Source of the DNA: an uncultured Candidatus Saccharibacteria bacterium
Lineage (GTDB): Bacteria > Patescibacteriota > Minisyncoccia > Phycocordibacterales > UBA6065
Direction: 5' to 3'
Length of the DNA stretch: 64,000 nucleotides
Assembly: GCA_964495425.1 (NCBI GenBank)
Contig: CAZBVG010000001.1
Span: forward strand, 20,054-84,053
The translations under genes and the position numbers were made by a program. Under the pieces are notes generated by a model. It did not search any database. It saw only the letters and a program-made list of their open reading frames with translations, and was not told the origin of the DNA. Of this stretch, positions 1 to 9,034 are shown in pieces. Position 1 is the stretch's first letter. Every line of letters starts with the position of its first letter.

Positions 1-924
1 ATAACTAATAGCCGTCGGGGGCTTATTCATGGGCTCAATATATGCGGACATATACCCCACCATGCCTCGAATGAGGTGATGAAATCTGGTGTCTATCGCT
101 AAACCTCCTTCATTAATAATTTTTAAGCCTTCAAAACCATTGGTACACAAAATCACACGCGTTGCAGTAATAGTATGTTTATCTGCATCCAAAAGTGCCT
201 TTTTATCATGCATCGAGACACGTCGTATTGGGGTATGCTCATAGAGAGCAAAACGTTTCGGGTATGTTTTAGCCAAATACTCAACGATTTCCTGAGAGAA
301 AAGTGCCGAATTAAGACAACCCTTTTGATACGACAATGCTGCAATATACTCTGTATTTGTTGTTTGAAGTGCTTCAAGCACCTCTGAATGCGGTACAACT
401 TCATACAGACCAGCATATTCAGAAGGAATACTATCGATAAATGTTGCAGTCTGAGAGATCTTGAAACCCTCGGTACGCAAACCAGCCTTTTTTCTACATA
501 CATTATCCTTAAGATGCCGAATAACTTGATCGAAGGTTGAAAACCCAGCCTGACCCATAAATCGAGCGAGCGGAATGGTAAGTCCGGCTTCCGTATACAT
601 CGAATCAAGCAATTGCCACGCACTCTCTACTGACCTTTGAGCATCTGCCGCTGCCTCGAGCCCAAACTCGTCTACAAGCTCATAAAAAGGTCGCTCAAAA
701 TAACTCGCTATCTGCCCAGCATTATGACCTGTTGCGCCGTGTGCAAGTTTGCCTCGTTCAACAATAACTACATTTTTAGTAGTATTTTTGAGAATGAAAT
801 ATGCCGTTGATACACCGGCAATTCCCGCACCAACGACCACAACATCTGTTGTTATGTCTTCATTCAGGGCTTGAATCTTCCTGTCCTGATCCATTTGATG
901 GATCCACGGTGAACGGTATTTCAT
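1..924 (-). CDS. FAD-dependent oxidoreductase (DadA/glycine-oxidase-like); 3' end runs off window start
   Basis: Minus-frame translation from ATG at 922-924 gives MKYRSPWIHQMDQDRKIQALNEDITTDVVVVGAGIAGVSTAYF with a GxGxxG dinucleotide-binding motif. No stop before position 1. The listed ORF 153..623 is the wrong frame inside this gene. Confidence 0.7.
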   Translation of the reverse strand, partial: MKYRSPWIHQMDQDRKIQALNEDITTDVVVVGAGIAGVSTAYFILKNTTKNVVIVERGKLAHGATGHNAGQIASYFERPFYELVDEFGLEAAADAQRSVESAWQLLDSMYTEAGLTIPLARFMGQAGFSTFDQVIRHLKDNVCRKKAGLRTEGFKISQTATFIDSIPSEYAGLYEVVPHSEVLEALQTTNTEYIAALSYQKGCLNSALFSQEIVEYLAKTYPKRFALYEHTPIRRVSMHDKKALLDADKHTITATRVILCTNGFEGLKIINEGGLAIDTRFHHLIRGMVGYMSAYIEPMNKPPTAISY

Positions 925-961
925 AATCCCTGTATTATACCAAAATCAGAAATACGTAAGA

Positions 962-1237
962 CTATGCCGAAGGTTTATCTTTGCGTTTAAAGCCCCACTG
1001 CCACGTTGGTCGTTCTCCTGTCTTCCATGCAAGCATGAAAAAAAGTGTAGAAGAAAGTACAAACGGCACAAGAAAATCTTTTATTATTTGCTGTACAGGA
1101 GTATTTTTATCAACTTCCGAAACTGTCATAACAATCAAGAGAACATAGGCGATTGTCGCAATCCATCCCTGCCAGGTTATTGGATACCACCCCCAACCAA
1201 AACTCTTCGCCCTAAACCATAGTTTTTGCTCTTTCAT
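962..1237 (-). CDS. hypothetical small membrane protein (2 TM)
   Basis: ORF of 91 aa with two hydrophobic helices. Tightly packed with its neighbours. Confidence 0.5.
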   Translation of the reverse strand: MKEQKLWFRAKSFGWGWYPITWQGWIATIAYVLLIVMTVSEVDKNTPVQQIIKDFLVPFVLSSTLFFMLAWKTGERPTWQWGFKRKDKPSA

Positions 1238-1240
1238 ATA

Positions 1241-1804
1241 TTATTGAATGACCACCGTCTTCATAAGTGAATCAAAATCAGAAACAATACGATCCTCGGG
1301 CGCAAGTCGAGTTACTGAAAACAGATATATGTATTCAGCATTCGATACAACGAACGATCTGCCTTCATAGAGACCCGACCAGGTGTACTCAAGACCAGTT
1401 AGAGCGCCCCGCGTAGTTGTCGAAACAACACCATTTCCCAATTTTACATTGGAATTCGGATTATTGTTGATGAATTCCGCCGCAGATTGCTTTGACTGAG
1501 TTTGCTTAAACACATCAATCGTAATCGCAGGTGGACCTTCTCTGCCAGGAGCTTTTCCTTCACGTATCGCCTTATTTTCCTCAGTATCCTCTGTTAAAAG
1601 GATTTGAGCATGATTAGCATCAATATTCTTTTCTTCAAGAAAATAATGTGTTGGATACGTAAATGAAACGCCATATAAAGGCGAAGCAAAGTTCCTTGTT
1701 GCAGAAATTTCATTACCCGGTGCCTCAACCCTATTCAACCACGACAGATACACGATTCCGCCAACAATGATGAGCGCAATGAGAATTGAAAGTATTTTTT
1801 TCAT
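1241..1804 (-). CDS. hypothetical membrane-anchored/secreted protein
   Basis: ORF of 187 aa with an N-terminal signal-anchor (MKKILSILIALIIVGGIVYL). No recognisable motif. Confidence 0.55.
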   Translation of the reverse strand: MKKILSILIALIIVGGIVYLSWLNRVEAPGNEISATRNFASPLYGVSFTYPTHYFLEEKNIDANHAQILLTEDTEENKAIREGKAPGREGPPAITIDVFKQTQSKQSAAEFINNNPNSNVKLGNGVVSTTTRGALTGLEYTWSGLYEGRSFVVSNAEYIYLFSVTRLAPEDRIVSDFDSLMKTVVIQ

Positions 1805-1809
1805 AGTGA

Positions 1810-2421
1810 TTAGTAAATCTTAAGTGTCGATGCTATCTGATCAAATGTCTCCAAAAGTTTTGCTCGATCGAATTCTGTAACAGTTCCCGGATCATAATTT
1901 CCTACATTTGTTGAATGGATGAAATAACGTAGCGCAAAACAATCAGTCCCTCTTTTTGTAATGTAAATGTTTTCATCATACCTATTACCCGCACCCGCAC
2001 CGGATGACTGGGCGAATGTAAACGTATTAGCACCCAAGGTCACCGTTTCTTCATTTTGTGGCAACTCTAAAAATGTTTCAGGTGCGCATGAGACATTTGA
2101 AAGTTTTTCAAGAGCTATGTGAGAGTCACTCGAGAGATTTGTGCCCGTTGATAACGAAGCAGGAATTCGAAATTCAACACCCCGAATTTCTCGACCTGGA
2201 CCAAATAATTGATTTACATACGCTTCATTGAATGTAAATCCTGTCGGCAACCTGAGTTCAAAACCAAGATCAGGATTTTTATATAAAAGCCCCTGCTCAA
2301 TCTCAACGAGATCAGGAGTCTGTGCTTCTTGCTCACCTGGATGCGATCCGAAAGCAATCCAGATTATCGCAATAATGAAAATCGCCAATAATGAAAGAAT
2401 AACGAGTTTTGGTTTATCCAT
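1810..2421 (-). CDS. hypothetical membrane-anchored protein
   Basis: ORF of 203 aa with an N-terminal TM helix. It lies 5 bp from the downstream gene, consistent with an operon. Confidence 0.55.
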   Translation of the reverse strand: MDKPKLVILSLLAIFIIAIIWIAFGSHPGEQEAQTPDLVEIEQGLLYKNPDLGFELRLPTGFTFNEAYVNQLFGPGREIRGVEFRIPASLSTGTNLSSDSHIALEKLSNVSCAPETFLELPQNEETVTLGANTFTFAQSSGAGAGNRYDENIYITKRGTDCFALRYFIHSTNVGNYDPGTVTEFDRAKLLETFDQIASTLKIY

Positions 2422-2500
2422 AATGTCTGTAGTTATATGTATAGTACGAAAGTCCGCTTAGTTTTGTTTATATAATACATCATGATAGCCTAAATCAATC

Positions 2501-3775
2501 ATGAAGTACCCAAAGAAGGACTCGTATGACGTGGCAGTCATTGGTGGTGGCCCCGCAGGTATGATGGCGGCAGGTAGAGCAGCTGAACTCGGCGCATCAG
2601 TCCTTTTGATTGAGAAAAACGAAGGTTTAGGTAAAAAGCTTCTTATTACAGGTGGCGGAAGATGCAATGTCACAAACGACACCCAGAATCCTCGAGACTT
2701 TTTAGCAAAACTTAAGGGTAAGGGTAAATTCCTCTTTTCTACTTTTTCGCAGCATGCAGTAAAGGAATCTCTTGAATTTTTTAATTCCAGGGGTATGGCG
2801 ACCAAAGTCGAAAATGAAGGACGAGTCTTCCCTGTCTCAGGTTCGGCGCGCTCAGTATATGATGTGCTCCTCAAATACATGAAAGAGCATAAAGTTGAAG
2901 TAGTGACAGGTCTTGCTGCAAAAGGCTTTCATGCCCGCGACGGTAGTATAGTCGGTCTTAATACAGAAAAAGAAACCGTTGTTGCAAAAACATATATCTT
3001 GGCGACTGGTGGCACATCTATGCCAGAAACCGGCTCAACCGGCGAAGGATTTCAGTGGCTTGAAAAAATAGGACATACAGTTGTGCCGGCCGATGCTGCA
3101 TTAGTACCAGTTAAAATTGCCGAAAAATGGGTGCGAGAACTTTCCGGCGTTTCTCATCAGCATGCAAAACTTTCTATTTTCATAAACGGCAAGCGCCAAG
3201 ATTCTCGAATCGGACGAATGGTATTTGCACATTTTGGCATCAGTGGACCACTCGTACTTAGTTTCTCAAAAGAAATTCGGGAAACTATGCAATATGCCCA
3301 GCCTACAGACAAAATTGAGTTGTCACTTGATATAATGCCCGATTTCAATCCCGAAGAACTCGATCTAAAAGTTCAAGAAATGTTTAAGAAAAATCAAAAC
3401 AAAAAGCTTAAAAATGCCCTCAAGGATCTTGTGGCGCCAGCCCTCTGCCCCGCTTTATGTACGCTGACAAAGCTAGACCCCGAAAAAGAAATAAATATCG
3501 TCTCTCGAGAAGAGCGGCTCACACTCGTAAAACTCCTTAAAGATATGAGGATGACACCGACGGGATTTTTAGGAAAAGAAAAAGCAATTGTTGCATCAGG
3601 CGGTGTAAAACTCGAAGAAGTTGATTTCAAAACAATGCAATCGCGACTTTTTCCTAATCTTTACCTTGTAGGCGACGTACTTGATATTGATAGACCTTCG
3701 GGTGGATATAGTCTACAACTTTGTTGGACGACAGGTTGGGTTGCCGGCACACACGCGGGTTCGAAAGGAAAATAA
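2501..3775 (+). CDS. NAD(P)/FAD-dependent oxidoreductase, HI0933/BaiN (aminoacetone-oxidase-like) family
   Basis: N-terminal DVAVIGGGPAGMMAA Rossmann motif. Full-length 424 aa matches the HI0933-like flavoprotein architecture. A hairpin terminator follows. Confidence 0.85.
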   Translation: MKYPKKDSYDVAVIGGGPAGMMAAGRAAELGASVLLIEKNEGLGKKLLITGGGRCNVTNDTQNPRDFLAKLKGKGKFLFSTFSQHAVKESLEFFNSRGMATKVENEGRVFPVSGSARSVYDVLLKYMKEHKVEVVTGLAAKGFHARDGSIVGLNTEKETVVAKTYILATGGTSMPETGSTGEGFQWLEKIGHTVVPADAALVPVKIAEKWVRELSGVSHQHAKLSIFINGKRQDSRIGRMVFAHFGISGPLVLSFSKEIRETMQYAQPTDKIELSLDIMPDFNPEELDLKVQEMFKKNQNKKLKNALKDLVAPALCPALCTLTKLDPEKEINIVSREERLTLVKLLKDMRMTPTGFLGKEKAIVASGGVKLEEVDFKTMQSRLFPNLYLVGDVLDIDRPSGGYSLQLCWTTGWVAGTHAGSKGK

Positions 3776-3787
3776 AATAAAAAGAAA

Positions 3788-3807
3788 GCCGCACTTTGCA
3801 GTGCGGC
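3788..3807. terminator. bidirectional hairpin terminator (GCCGCACT-TTGC-AGTGCGGC)
   Basis: Perfect 8-bp stem preceded by an A-run and followed by a T-rich tract. Confidence 0.6.
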
Positions 3808-3859
3808 TAACGAATTTAATTGAGACTTACACCACAATTCCCTGATTCAGAAAATTGTA

Positions 3860-4162
3860 GTGAATCTGATTGATCGTGAGGTCGTGACCAATCAGGCACC
3901 CATTGTCCGTAGCAATCCAGTTGAGCCTTTCCAGAGTCTCACCGAGGACAGGTGGCGCTTTGTAAAAAGCGTCCTCCCAGATTTTGCTATCCAGCATGGC
4001 GTCGATCAGCATGTGCTGACCGAAACCTCGAATACGAAGCCTCTGTACTACCACCGCTATGGAATTCTTCAAGCTAGGCTTGAGAGTGCTCAGGCGGTAG
4101 TTGAGTTGCTTAAGACTGTCGGTGATATCAATCGTTTGAGTATGCATGTTAAGTCCAGTTGA
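3860..4162 (+). CDS. hypothetical protein (GTG start); strand assignment uncertain
   Basis: 100-aa ORF with G-rich first codon positions (RNY-like). A fully overlapping in-frame antisense ORF 3827..4147 also exists. GC looks higher than in neighbouring genes. Confidence 0.3.
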   Translation: MNLIDREVVTNQAPIVRSNPVEPFQSLTEDRWRFVKSVLPDFAIQHGVDQHVLTETSNTKPLYYHRYGILQARLESAQAVVELLKTVGDINRLSMHVKSS

Positions 4163-4315
4163 AAGCTAAGATCCGCATGGCACTGTGCCAGCAAGTCGAT
4201 CACTTCTTTCCTTCTGGACTCAACTTCAAGGATCTTATTACTCATATATTATAGCATAATAAGTGCCATAAAGTCAAGTAATTCTACGGCCACACAGAGC
4301 CGTGAAAATCAGTCC

Positions 4316-4819
4316 CTACATCGTACGTGAGTCATACGCCCAATGAAGCAATGCCTGTCGCTGCTTTGTATTGCACGAAAAATCTCCCTTCCGACACTTA
4401 TAGACGATTTGAGCTATATGTCGACGCATCATTCTCCATCGCTTTATCTGTCGCGCATCTTCATCAGGTATTCTTCTTCCCATGTAATAACGGCAATACC
4501 ACTGAAACCAGCCCCGAGGATCATCTTTATATATCCAACCCTTACGGATCCATTCCGAAAGAGGCTGCGATGCATCGACTCCGAAAAAATTAAGTTTCGG
4601 ATTCCTCTTTTCAGGAGAAAGTTTTGCTTTCGTATACCAATCTGTAGGAAACTCATTCCTACAATCAGTCATATATTTTCCGCCAAATACACCGAGTTCG
4701 AGCATCTCCTTTGGCGTAAGGTCTGGTTTAAATTCTGGATCAAACTCCTTCCCCATCGGAGCAACCAAGGTATACTCGTAACCATCCTGCATTTTATCTT
4801 TGACGTGAATAGTTTTCAT
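4316..4819 (-). CDS. conserved hypothetical protein (Trp/Cys/Tyr-rich C-terminal motif GWFQWYCRYYMGRR)
   Basis: 167-aa ORF translationally coupled to the upstream GDSL hydrolase (stop and start adjacent at 4819/4820). Confidence 0.55.
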   Translation of the reverse strand: MKTIHVKDKMQDGYEYTLVAPMGKEFDPEFKPDLTPKEMLELGVFGGKYMTDCRNEFPTDWYTKAKLSPEKRNPKLNFFGVDASQPLSEWIRKGWIYKDDPRGWFQWYCRYYMGRRIPDEDARQIKRWRMMRRHIAQIVYKCRKGDFSCNTKQRQALLHWAYDSRTM

Positions 4820-5434
4820 TTACTTGAGAATTTTTTGTAATATTGGAAGAACCTTCTCAGCTACTCGTGCATATCCTGCATCATTTGGATGAATAGCATC
4901 AGACATATAGCGACCATCAGCAAACAAGCCGCTAAGCACATTCGGCACATATGCGGAACCTGTTTCTTCCGCTACTTTCTTAAATAATTGGTCTGCATTA
5001 TCGGAAAGCAATCCACCTCGCACACCGAGCACTACTACAATCGCTCCAGATTCTTGTATCCGATTTATTATTGTCCGCAAAGTAGCAAACGTTTCTTCTC
5101 GTGGAACCTTTCTTAGAAAGTCATTGCCGCCTAAAAGCACCATCACGATACGCGGATTTATTTCTAGCACTTCATCTATTCGCTTAAGTCCATCCGCAGT
5201 CGTATCGCCAGAGACACCGAGATTAATAATTGGCTCACCGATCTGTGCCGAAAGCAATGATACAAAATCATGCCCTTCTGTTGAACCGTAACCTGCAACA
5301 AGACTATCTCCAAAAGCAACTAGTGGACCATCCTTGGGTGGATAGTTTTTAATGTGAGTCTGTCTACCAAATACAAAAAAAGAAATGTCTACAACAATTA
5401 CAAGAATACCTATCAAGAGTAATAACTTTTTCAC
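4820..5434 (-). CDS. SGNH/GDSL family hydrolase (TesA/arylesterase-like), membrane-anchored
   Basis: Block I GDSL (AFGDSLVAGYG), block III GGNDF and the C-terminal DxxHP catalytic motif (DAIHPN) are present. Confidence 0.8.
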   Translation of the reverse strand: MKKLLLLIGILVIVVDISFFVFGRQTHIKNYPPKDGPLVAFGDSLVAGYGSTEGHDFVSLLSAQIGEPIINLGVSGDTTADGLKRIDEVLEINPRIVMVLLGGNDFLRKVPREETFATLRTIINRIQESGAIVVVLGVRGGLLSDNADQLFKKVAEETGSAYVPNVLSGLFADGRYMSDAIHPNDAGYARVAEKVLPILQKILK

Positions 5435-5454
5435 CCCAAAATTCTACCACGTAG

Positions 5455-6024
5455 CTAGTACTTTCTAATCACACCCTTAACAACAGCCGCAATCTTTAAA
5501 TCATATTCAGGATAGATCGGCTTATAGTTTTTATTTGCAGGTTCAAGATATATTTGTCCGCTTTTAGTCTTTCTATAAAATTTCATAGTCCAACCACCGT
5601 CCACTTCAGCAATTACTATTTCACCCTCTTTTGCATTAGAGCGCTTCTCCGCAACCACGAGGTCACCTTCACGTATCCCTTCTTCAATCATTGAGTCACC
5701 CTTAACCTCGAGCAGGTATGAACTCTCCCTGTCTTCAACAAGATACGCATTAATATTAAGTGTATCCAAGACCGATTCCTCGGCGATAGTTGGTATACCC
5801 GCTTCAACAAGCCCAAGCATTGGAATCTCATCGGCCGTGCGAACAAGAGTGATTCGCCCTGATGAATCCTTGGAAAGAACACCCATATCTACAAGTTTAG
5901 ATATAAGTTTGAAAACAGCATTTTTAGATTTAAAGCCAGTCAGAGTCATAAGCTCCTTATAGCCCGGCATTCGTTTATGCTTTTCGTAGAATGCTATGAT
6001 TTTTTGCTTGTATGTATCAATCAT
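5455..6024 (-). CDS. lexA: LexA repressor (S24 peptidase)
   Basis: N-terminal winged HTH. C-terminal catalytic Ser in GDSM and Lys in VDGGWTMKF. 189 aa. Confidence 0.9.
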   Translation of the reverse strand: MIDTYKQKIIAFYEKHKRMPGYKELMTLTGFKSKNAVFKLISKLVDMGVLSKDSSGRITLVRTADEIPMLGLVEAGIPTIAEESVLDTLNINAYLVEDRESSYLLEVKGDSMIEEGIREGDLVVAEKRSNAKEGEIVIAEVDGGWTMKFYRKTKSGQIYLEPANKNYKPIYPEYDLKIAAVVKGVIRKY

Positions 6025-6030
6025 GAATGC

Positions 6031-6240
6031 CTAGAACATAAATGTCGCAAACGAATGTGAGAGTCGATTGAACCAGCTGTAAGTCTCCTGAGCCTTAAGA
6101 CTTCGGAGCTGTGCCAAAAGTGACTTATGGCGAAGTGCGTCCTTTTTGTATGCGCGACCTGTAATTATCTTCATATCAATTTGCCTATTAATTATATCAA
6201 GCTCGTATTCAAGTGCTTTTATTGTTGCGTATTTTGTCAT
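6031..6240 (-). CDS. small hypothetical protein co-transcribed upstream of lexA
   Basis: 69-aa ORF lying 6 bp upstream of lexA on the same strand, immediately downstream of the SOS box. Confidence 0.45.
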   Translation of the reverse strand: MTKYATIKALEYELDIINRQIDMKIITGRAYKKDALRHKSLLAQLRSLKAQETYSWFNRLSHSFATFMF

Positions 6241-6279
6241 AATCGTTTTGCTATGCCATTAAACTTATGTGTTTAGTAT

Positions 6280-6299
6280 AGGTGAACTACAGTTCACCT
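6280..6299. promoter_or_regulatory. LexA (Cheo-type) SOS box: aGGTGAAC-TACA-GTTCACCt
   Basis: Perfect palindrome containing GAAC-N4-GTTC, the core of the Gram-positive LexA operator. Located in the promoter region of the small-ORF/lexA operon. Confidence 0.75.
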
Positions 6300-6327
6300 G
6301 CAAGGCATCACCTGTGAATAACTCAAA

Positions 6328-6582
6328 TTACGACTTATAAGTTGCAATCAAAGCAAGTTTTTCCTCTCGAGAAAGTTGTTTTATGCGGGCCTCGGCGATA
6401 GATGCTTTGGATCGATCCTTATATCGTTTTGCATACACAAGATTAACTGGTCTGCGTGCGCGAGTGTATTTTGCTCCTACTCCACCACTGTTATGCTCAC
6501 CCACCCTCCGTGTAAGATCAGTGGTTATACCTGTATAAAGAGTATTATCTGCGCACGTAAGAATATAAAGATAATACGACAT
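6328..6582 (-). CDS. GIY-YIG nuclease family protein (UPF0213-like)
   Basis: YYLYILTCADNTLYTGITTDLTRRVGEHN is the GIY-YIG core. Start chosen at the internal ATG (MSYYLYIL). The ORF-finder start at 6621 is GTG. Confidence 0.7.
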   Translation of the reverse strand: MSYYLYILTCADNTLYTGITTDLTRRVGEHNSGGVGAKYTRARRPVNLVYAKRYKDRSKASIAEARIKQLSREEKLALIATYKS

Positions 6583-6639
6583 AGAAAATCTCGTGTAATT
6601 ATTTCTGATTATACTCCACACCGGATCAGGTACATGATC

Positions 6640-6987
6640 TTAGTATGCTCCAGAAACAGTTCGTAGTACGTGTCTTAGTGCTTTATACTCCGGCATAGTC
6701 TTTGCCACTAAATCCCAAAATCTTTGAGAGTGATTAAACTCACCCAAGTGACATAATTCATGGACGATTACGTAGTCTGCAATATGTGGCGGAATAAGCG
6801 CGAGTTTATAGTTAAAATTGAGATTACCTTTTGTTGAGCACGAACCCCATCGAGATCCCTGATTTCTAATAGCTACCTTACCTATCTTGTATCCGTAAAA
6901 TTGGTTGAAATGAGAAAGCCTACGCAAGACGAGCTCTCGCGCAGACTCCTTATATTTAAGATACTGGGATTGAGTTCCTTTTCTCAA
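6640..6987 (-). CDS. YgjP/DUF45-type (M48-like) metal-dependent hydrolase
   Basis: RWGSCS...HELCHL zinc-binding HExxH region characteristic of YgjP (UTP pyrophosphatase) and SprT-like proteins. Confidence 0.7.
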   Translation of the reverse strand: MRKGTQSQYLKYKESARELVLRRLSHFNQFYGYKIGKVAIRNQGSRWGSCSTKGNLNFNYKLALIPPHIADYVIVHELCHLGEFNHSQRFWDLVAKTMPEYKALRHVLRTVSGAY

Positions 6988-6991
6988 GAAC

Positions 6992-7696
6992 TTATTTCAC
7001 TTCCACCTTCAAAAGGGTAACTGGTTCAAGTGGTCGATCTGCTTCGTCAGTCTTTACTGAGTTAATCGCCATTACCACATCGAGACCCTTCACGACCTTT
7101 CCGAACACAGTGTGCTTGGTATCAAGGAAGCTATTGTCTTTCACATTTATGAAAAACTGGCTACCGTTTGTATTTGGACCTGCGTTTGCCATTGAAATAG
7201 TTCCAACGTCATTACGGTTATCACTATTTATTTCATCAGCAAACTTATAACCTGGGCCTCCTGTTCCCCAATACATCATCTTTGAATCATCCTTCGTTAG
7301 TGGATCACCTCCTTGATTCATGAAATCTTTAATAATGCGGTGAAACTTGGTGCCATCATAAAATCCTGACTGAGCGAGTTTCACGAAATTCTCTACAGTC
7401 TTTGGAGTTTTTGCATTAAACGCAATAACGATATCGCCGTGATTTGTTTTGAGTGTTGCCTGCATAATCTTGTTATTATCGCTTGTAGTCTGTGTCTGAT
7501 TTGTCCCCGCGCGGTCACTTACTTCGAGCGGAACCCCATCAGCATCCAATTTGTAATCTAACGTATAGCTATCTGAAAGCTTTGTCGGATTCGGGTTTTC
7601 TTTTTTATCAGAAAGCACCCAATAAAATATACCGACGGTTAATAAGGCGAGCACGCCGGGTAAAATAAATCGTTTCATAGACTTGAATTCTATCAT
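6992..7696 (-). CDS. peptidyl-prolyl cis-trans isomerase, cyclophilin type, membrane-anchored
   Basis: FHRIIKDFMNQGGDP and GTGGPGYKFADE cyclophilin signatures. N-terminal TM helix. Confidence 0.85.
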   Translation of the reverse strand: MIEFKSMKRFILPGVLALLTVGIFYWVLSDKKENPNPTKLSDSYTLDYKLDADGVPLEVSDRAGTNQTQTTSDNNKIMQATLKTNHGDIVIAFNAKTPKTVENFVKLAQSGFYDGTKFHRIIKDFMNQGGDPLTKDDSKMMYWGTGGPGYKFADEINSDNRNDVGTISMANAGPNTNGSQFFINVKDNSFLDTKHTVFGKVVKGLDVVMAINSVKTDEADRPLEPVTLLKVEVK

Positions 7697-7718
7697 ATTC
7701 TCTCTTAATCAAAATAAA

Positions 7719-7743
7719 AAGCCGGGTTCCAAAACCTGGCTTT
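7719..7743. terminator. hairpin (AAGCCGGGTT-CCAAAA-CCTGGCTT) flanked by A-run and T-run
   Basis: Stem-loop with flanking A/T tracts in the 264-bp gap between cls-like and PPIase genes. Approximate coordinates. Confidence 0.45.
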
Positions 7744-7767
7744 ATAACACGCCGTTTTATCGACCCA

Positions 7768-7790
7768 AAGCGTTTTGCATGCGCTTTTTC
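7768..7790 (+). terminator. hairpin AAAGCG-ttttgcatg-CGCTTT followed by TTTC
   Basis: Second stem-loop plus T-run in the same intergenic region. No plus-strand gene lies upstream. Confidence 0.35.
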
Positions 7791-7960
7791 TTGCCGCCTG
7801 CCGATCTCATGATGGGCAAAGCTTTGACCGAAATGACTACCTTTGCATTGCGAGGGAGTCGGGGTAACGGACGTTGTGTGGGTATGATGGCCATAAAGGA
7901 TACACAGGAGAACTGACTACCTGACCAAACTAACCTAAATACGCCGATATGTCAATACCT

Positions 7961-9019
7961 CTAAAAAAGTGGTAAAAATCCGAAAAGACGAAGCAATGAA
8001 GCCACCGGAAAGTCATACCACCGAAACGTCACCTCCCCTTTTTCAAGTACATGAGCATCTTTTTTCCATTCATCAATAACCGCGACGAGGTCCTGCACCA
8101 TATCTGGCTCGCTAAAGAAAATACCTGCCTCAATATTCCAATTAAATGAGAGTCGGTCCAAATTTTGAGATCCAACAACCGCTTCCTTGCCATCAACCAC
8201 CATTGCCTTTGCATGATTCATGCCGCGCACAAAATAACAACGCGCTCCGGCTGAATTGAGGAACGAAGCAAACGAACGATTTACCCCATTAACAATTCGG
8301 TAGTCGGTATATTCTGGCAAGACAATCTCAACACTCACTCCACGAATAATCGCTTGGTGAAGTTGAGCAATGAGCCAACGCGGAGGAAGTAAATATGGCG
8401 TCACAAGAATAATCGATGATTTCGCTTGGCTTAGTTTTTTTGTGTAATATTCACGAAACTGTTCACGGCGCTTCCCTATGCCGTGATCGATAAACCAGAG
8501 TTTTGCTTTCCTCATTGGCCCAGGCGATGTGCTCACATCCTCAAATTCACCCTTTCCACCGCATCGTCTGTACATACGAATAAACGAGCGCAAAATCGTT
8601 TGAACTACAGCTCCTCGCACTTCTACCTGCAAGTCCTTCCAGCGAGCGTAATTCTTGCCCACATTCACTCCGCCGATATAGGCGACTGATTCATCAATAA
8701 TAAGAATCTTTCGATGCATTCTTTGAAAGAAAAAACTGCAAAAAAGTACTTCAACGCCCGCGGTGCGTAAATGTGCGACAAAATCATTATCAAGAGTAAA
8801 ACTGCCAACGGTGTCTAGAAGCGCAATCACCCTAACGCCGCGCTTTACAGCATCTTCAAGCTTAGTTAGAAACTCACGACCCTTTGGATCATCACCAACA
8901 ATATACATCTCTAAATAGACGCTCTTTTTCGCCGAGGCTATACTTGCCTGCATTGCATCCCATGCCTTTTCCGACGTCGTAAAAAGTCGATGCTTCATGA
9001 GAAATACATTATCCCACAA
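7961..9019 (-). CDS. phospholipase D family protein (cardiolipin synthase-like), two HKD motifs
   Basis: HRKILIIDESVAYIGGVN and NHAKAMVVDGKEAVVGSQNLD each match HxKxxxxD. Confidence 0.8.
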   Translation of the reverse strand: MWDNVFLMKHRLFTTSEKAWDAMQASIASAKKSVYLEMYIVGDDPKGREFLTKLEDAVKRGVRVIALLDTVGSFTLDNDFVAHLRTAGVEVLFCSFFFQRMHRKILIIDESVAYIGGVNVGKNYARWKDLQVEVRGAVVQTILRSFIRMYRRCGGKGEFEDVSTSPGPMRKAKLWFIDHGIGKRREQFREYYTKKLSQAKSSIILVTPYLLPPRWLIAQLHQAIIRGVSVEIVLPEYTDYRIVNGVNRSFASFLNSAGARCYFVRGMNHAKAMVVDGKEAVVGSQNLDRLSFNWNIEAGIFFSEPDMVQDLVAVIDEWKKDAHVLEKGEVTFRWYDFPVASLLRLFGFLPLF

Positions 9020-9034
9020 ATACGAGAAAACAAC

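Noticed and set aside
153-623. Listed 156-aa minus-strand ORF
   Set aside because: It lies inside, and in a different frame from, the clearly conserved FAD-oxidoreductase reading frame (1..924). The translation is low-complexity and basic with no motif.
3827-4147. 106-aa minus-strand ORF antisense to 3860..4162
   Set aside because: Same codon register as the plus ORF. The plus strand has the RNY/G1 bias expected of coding sequence. Kept only as an alternative.
7683-7916. 77-aa plus ORF in the cls-PPIase intergenic region
   Set aside because: Spans hairpin/terminator elements. Composition not gene-like. The region is better interpreted as non-coding.
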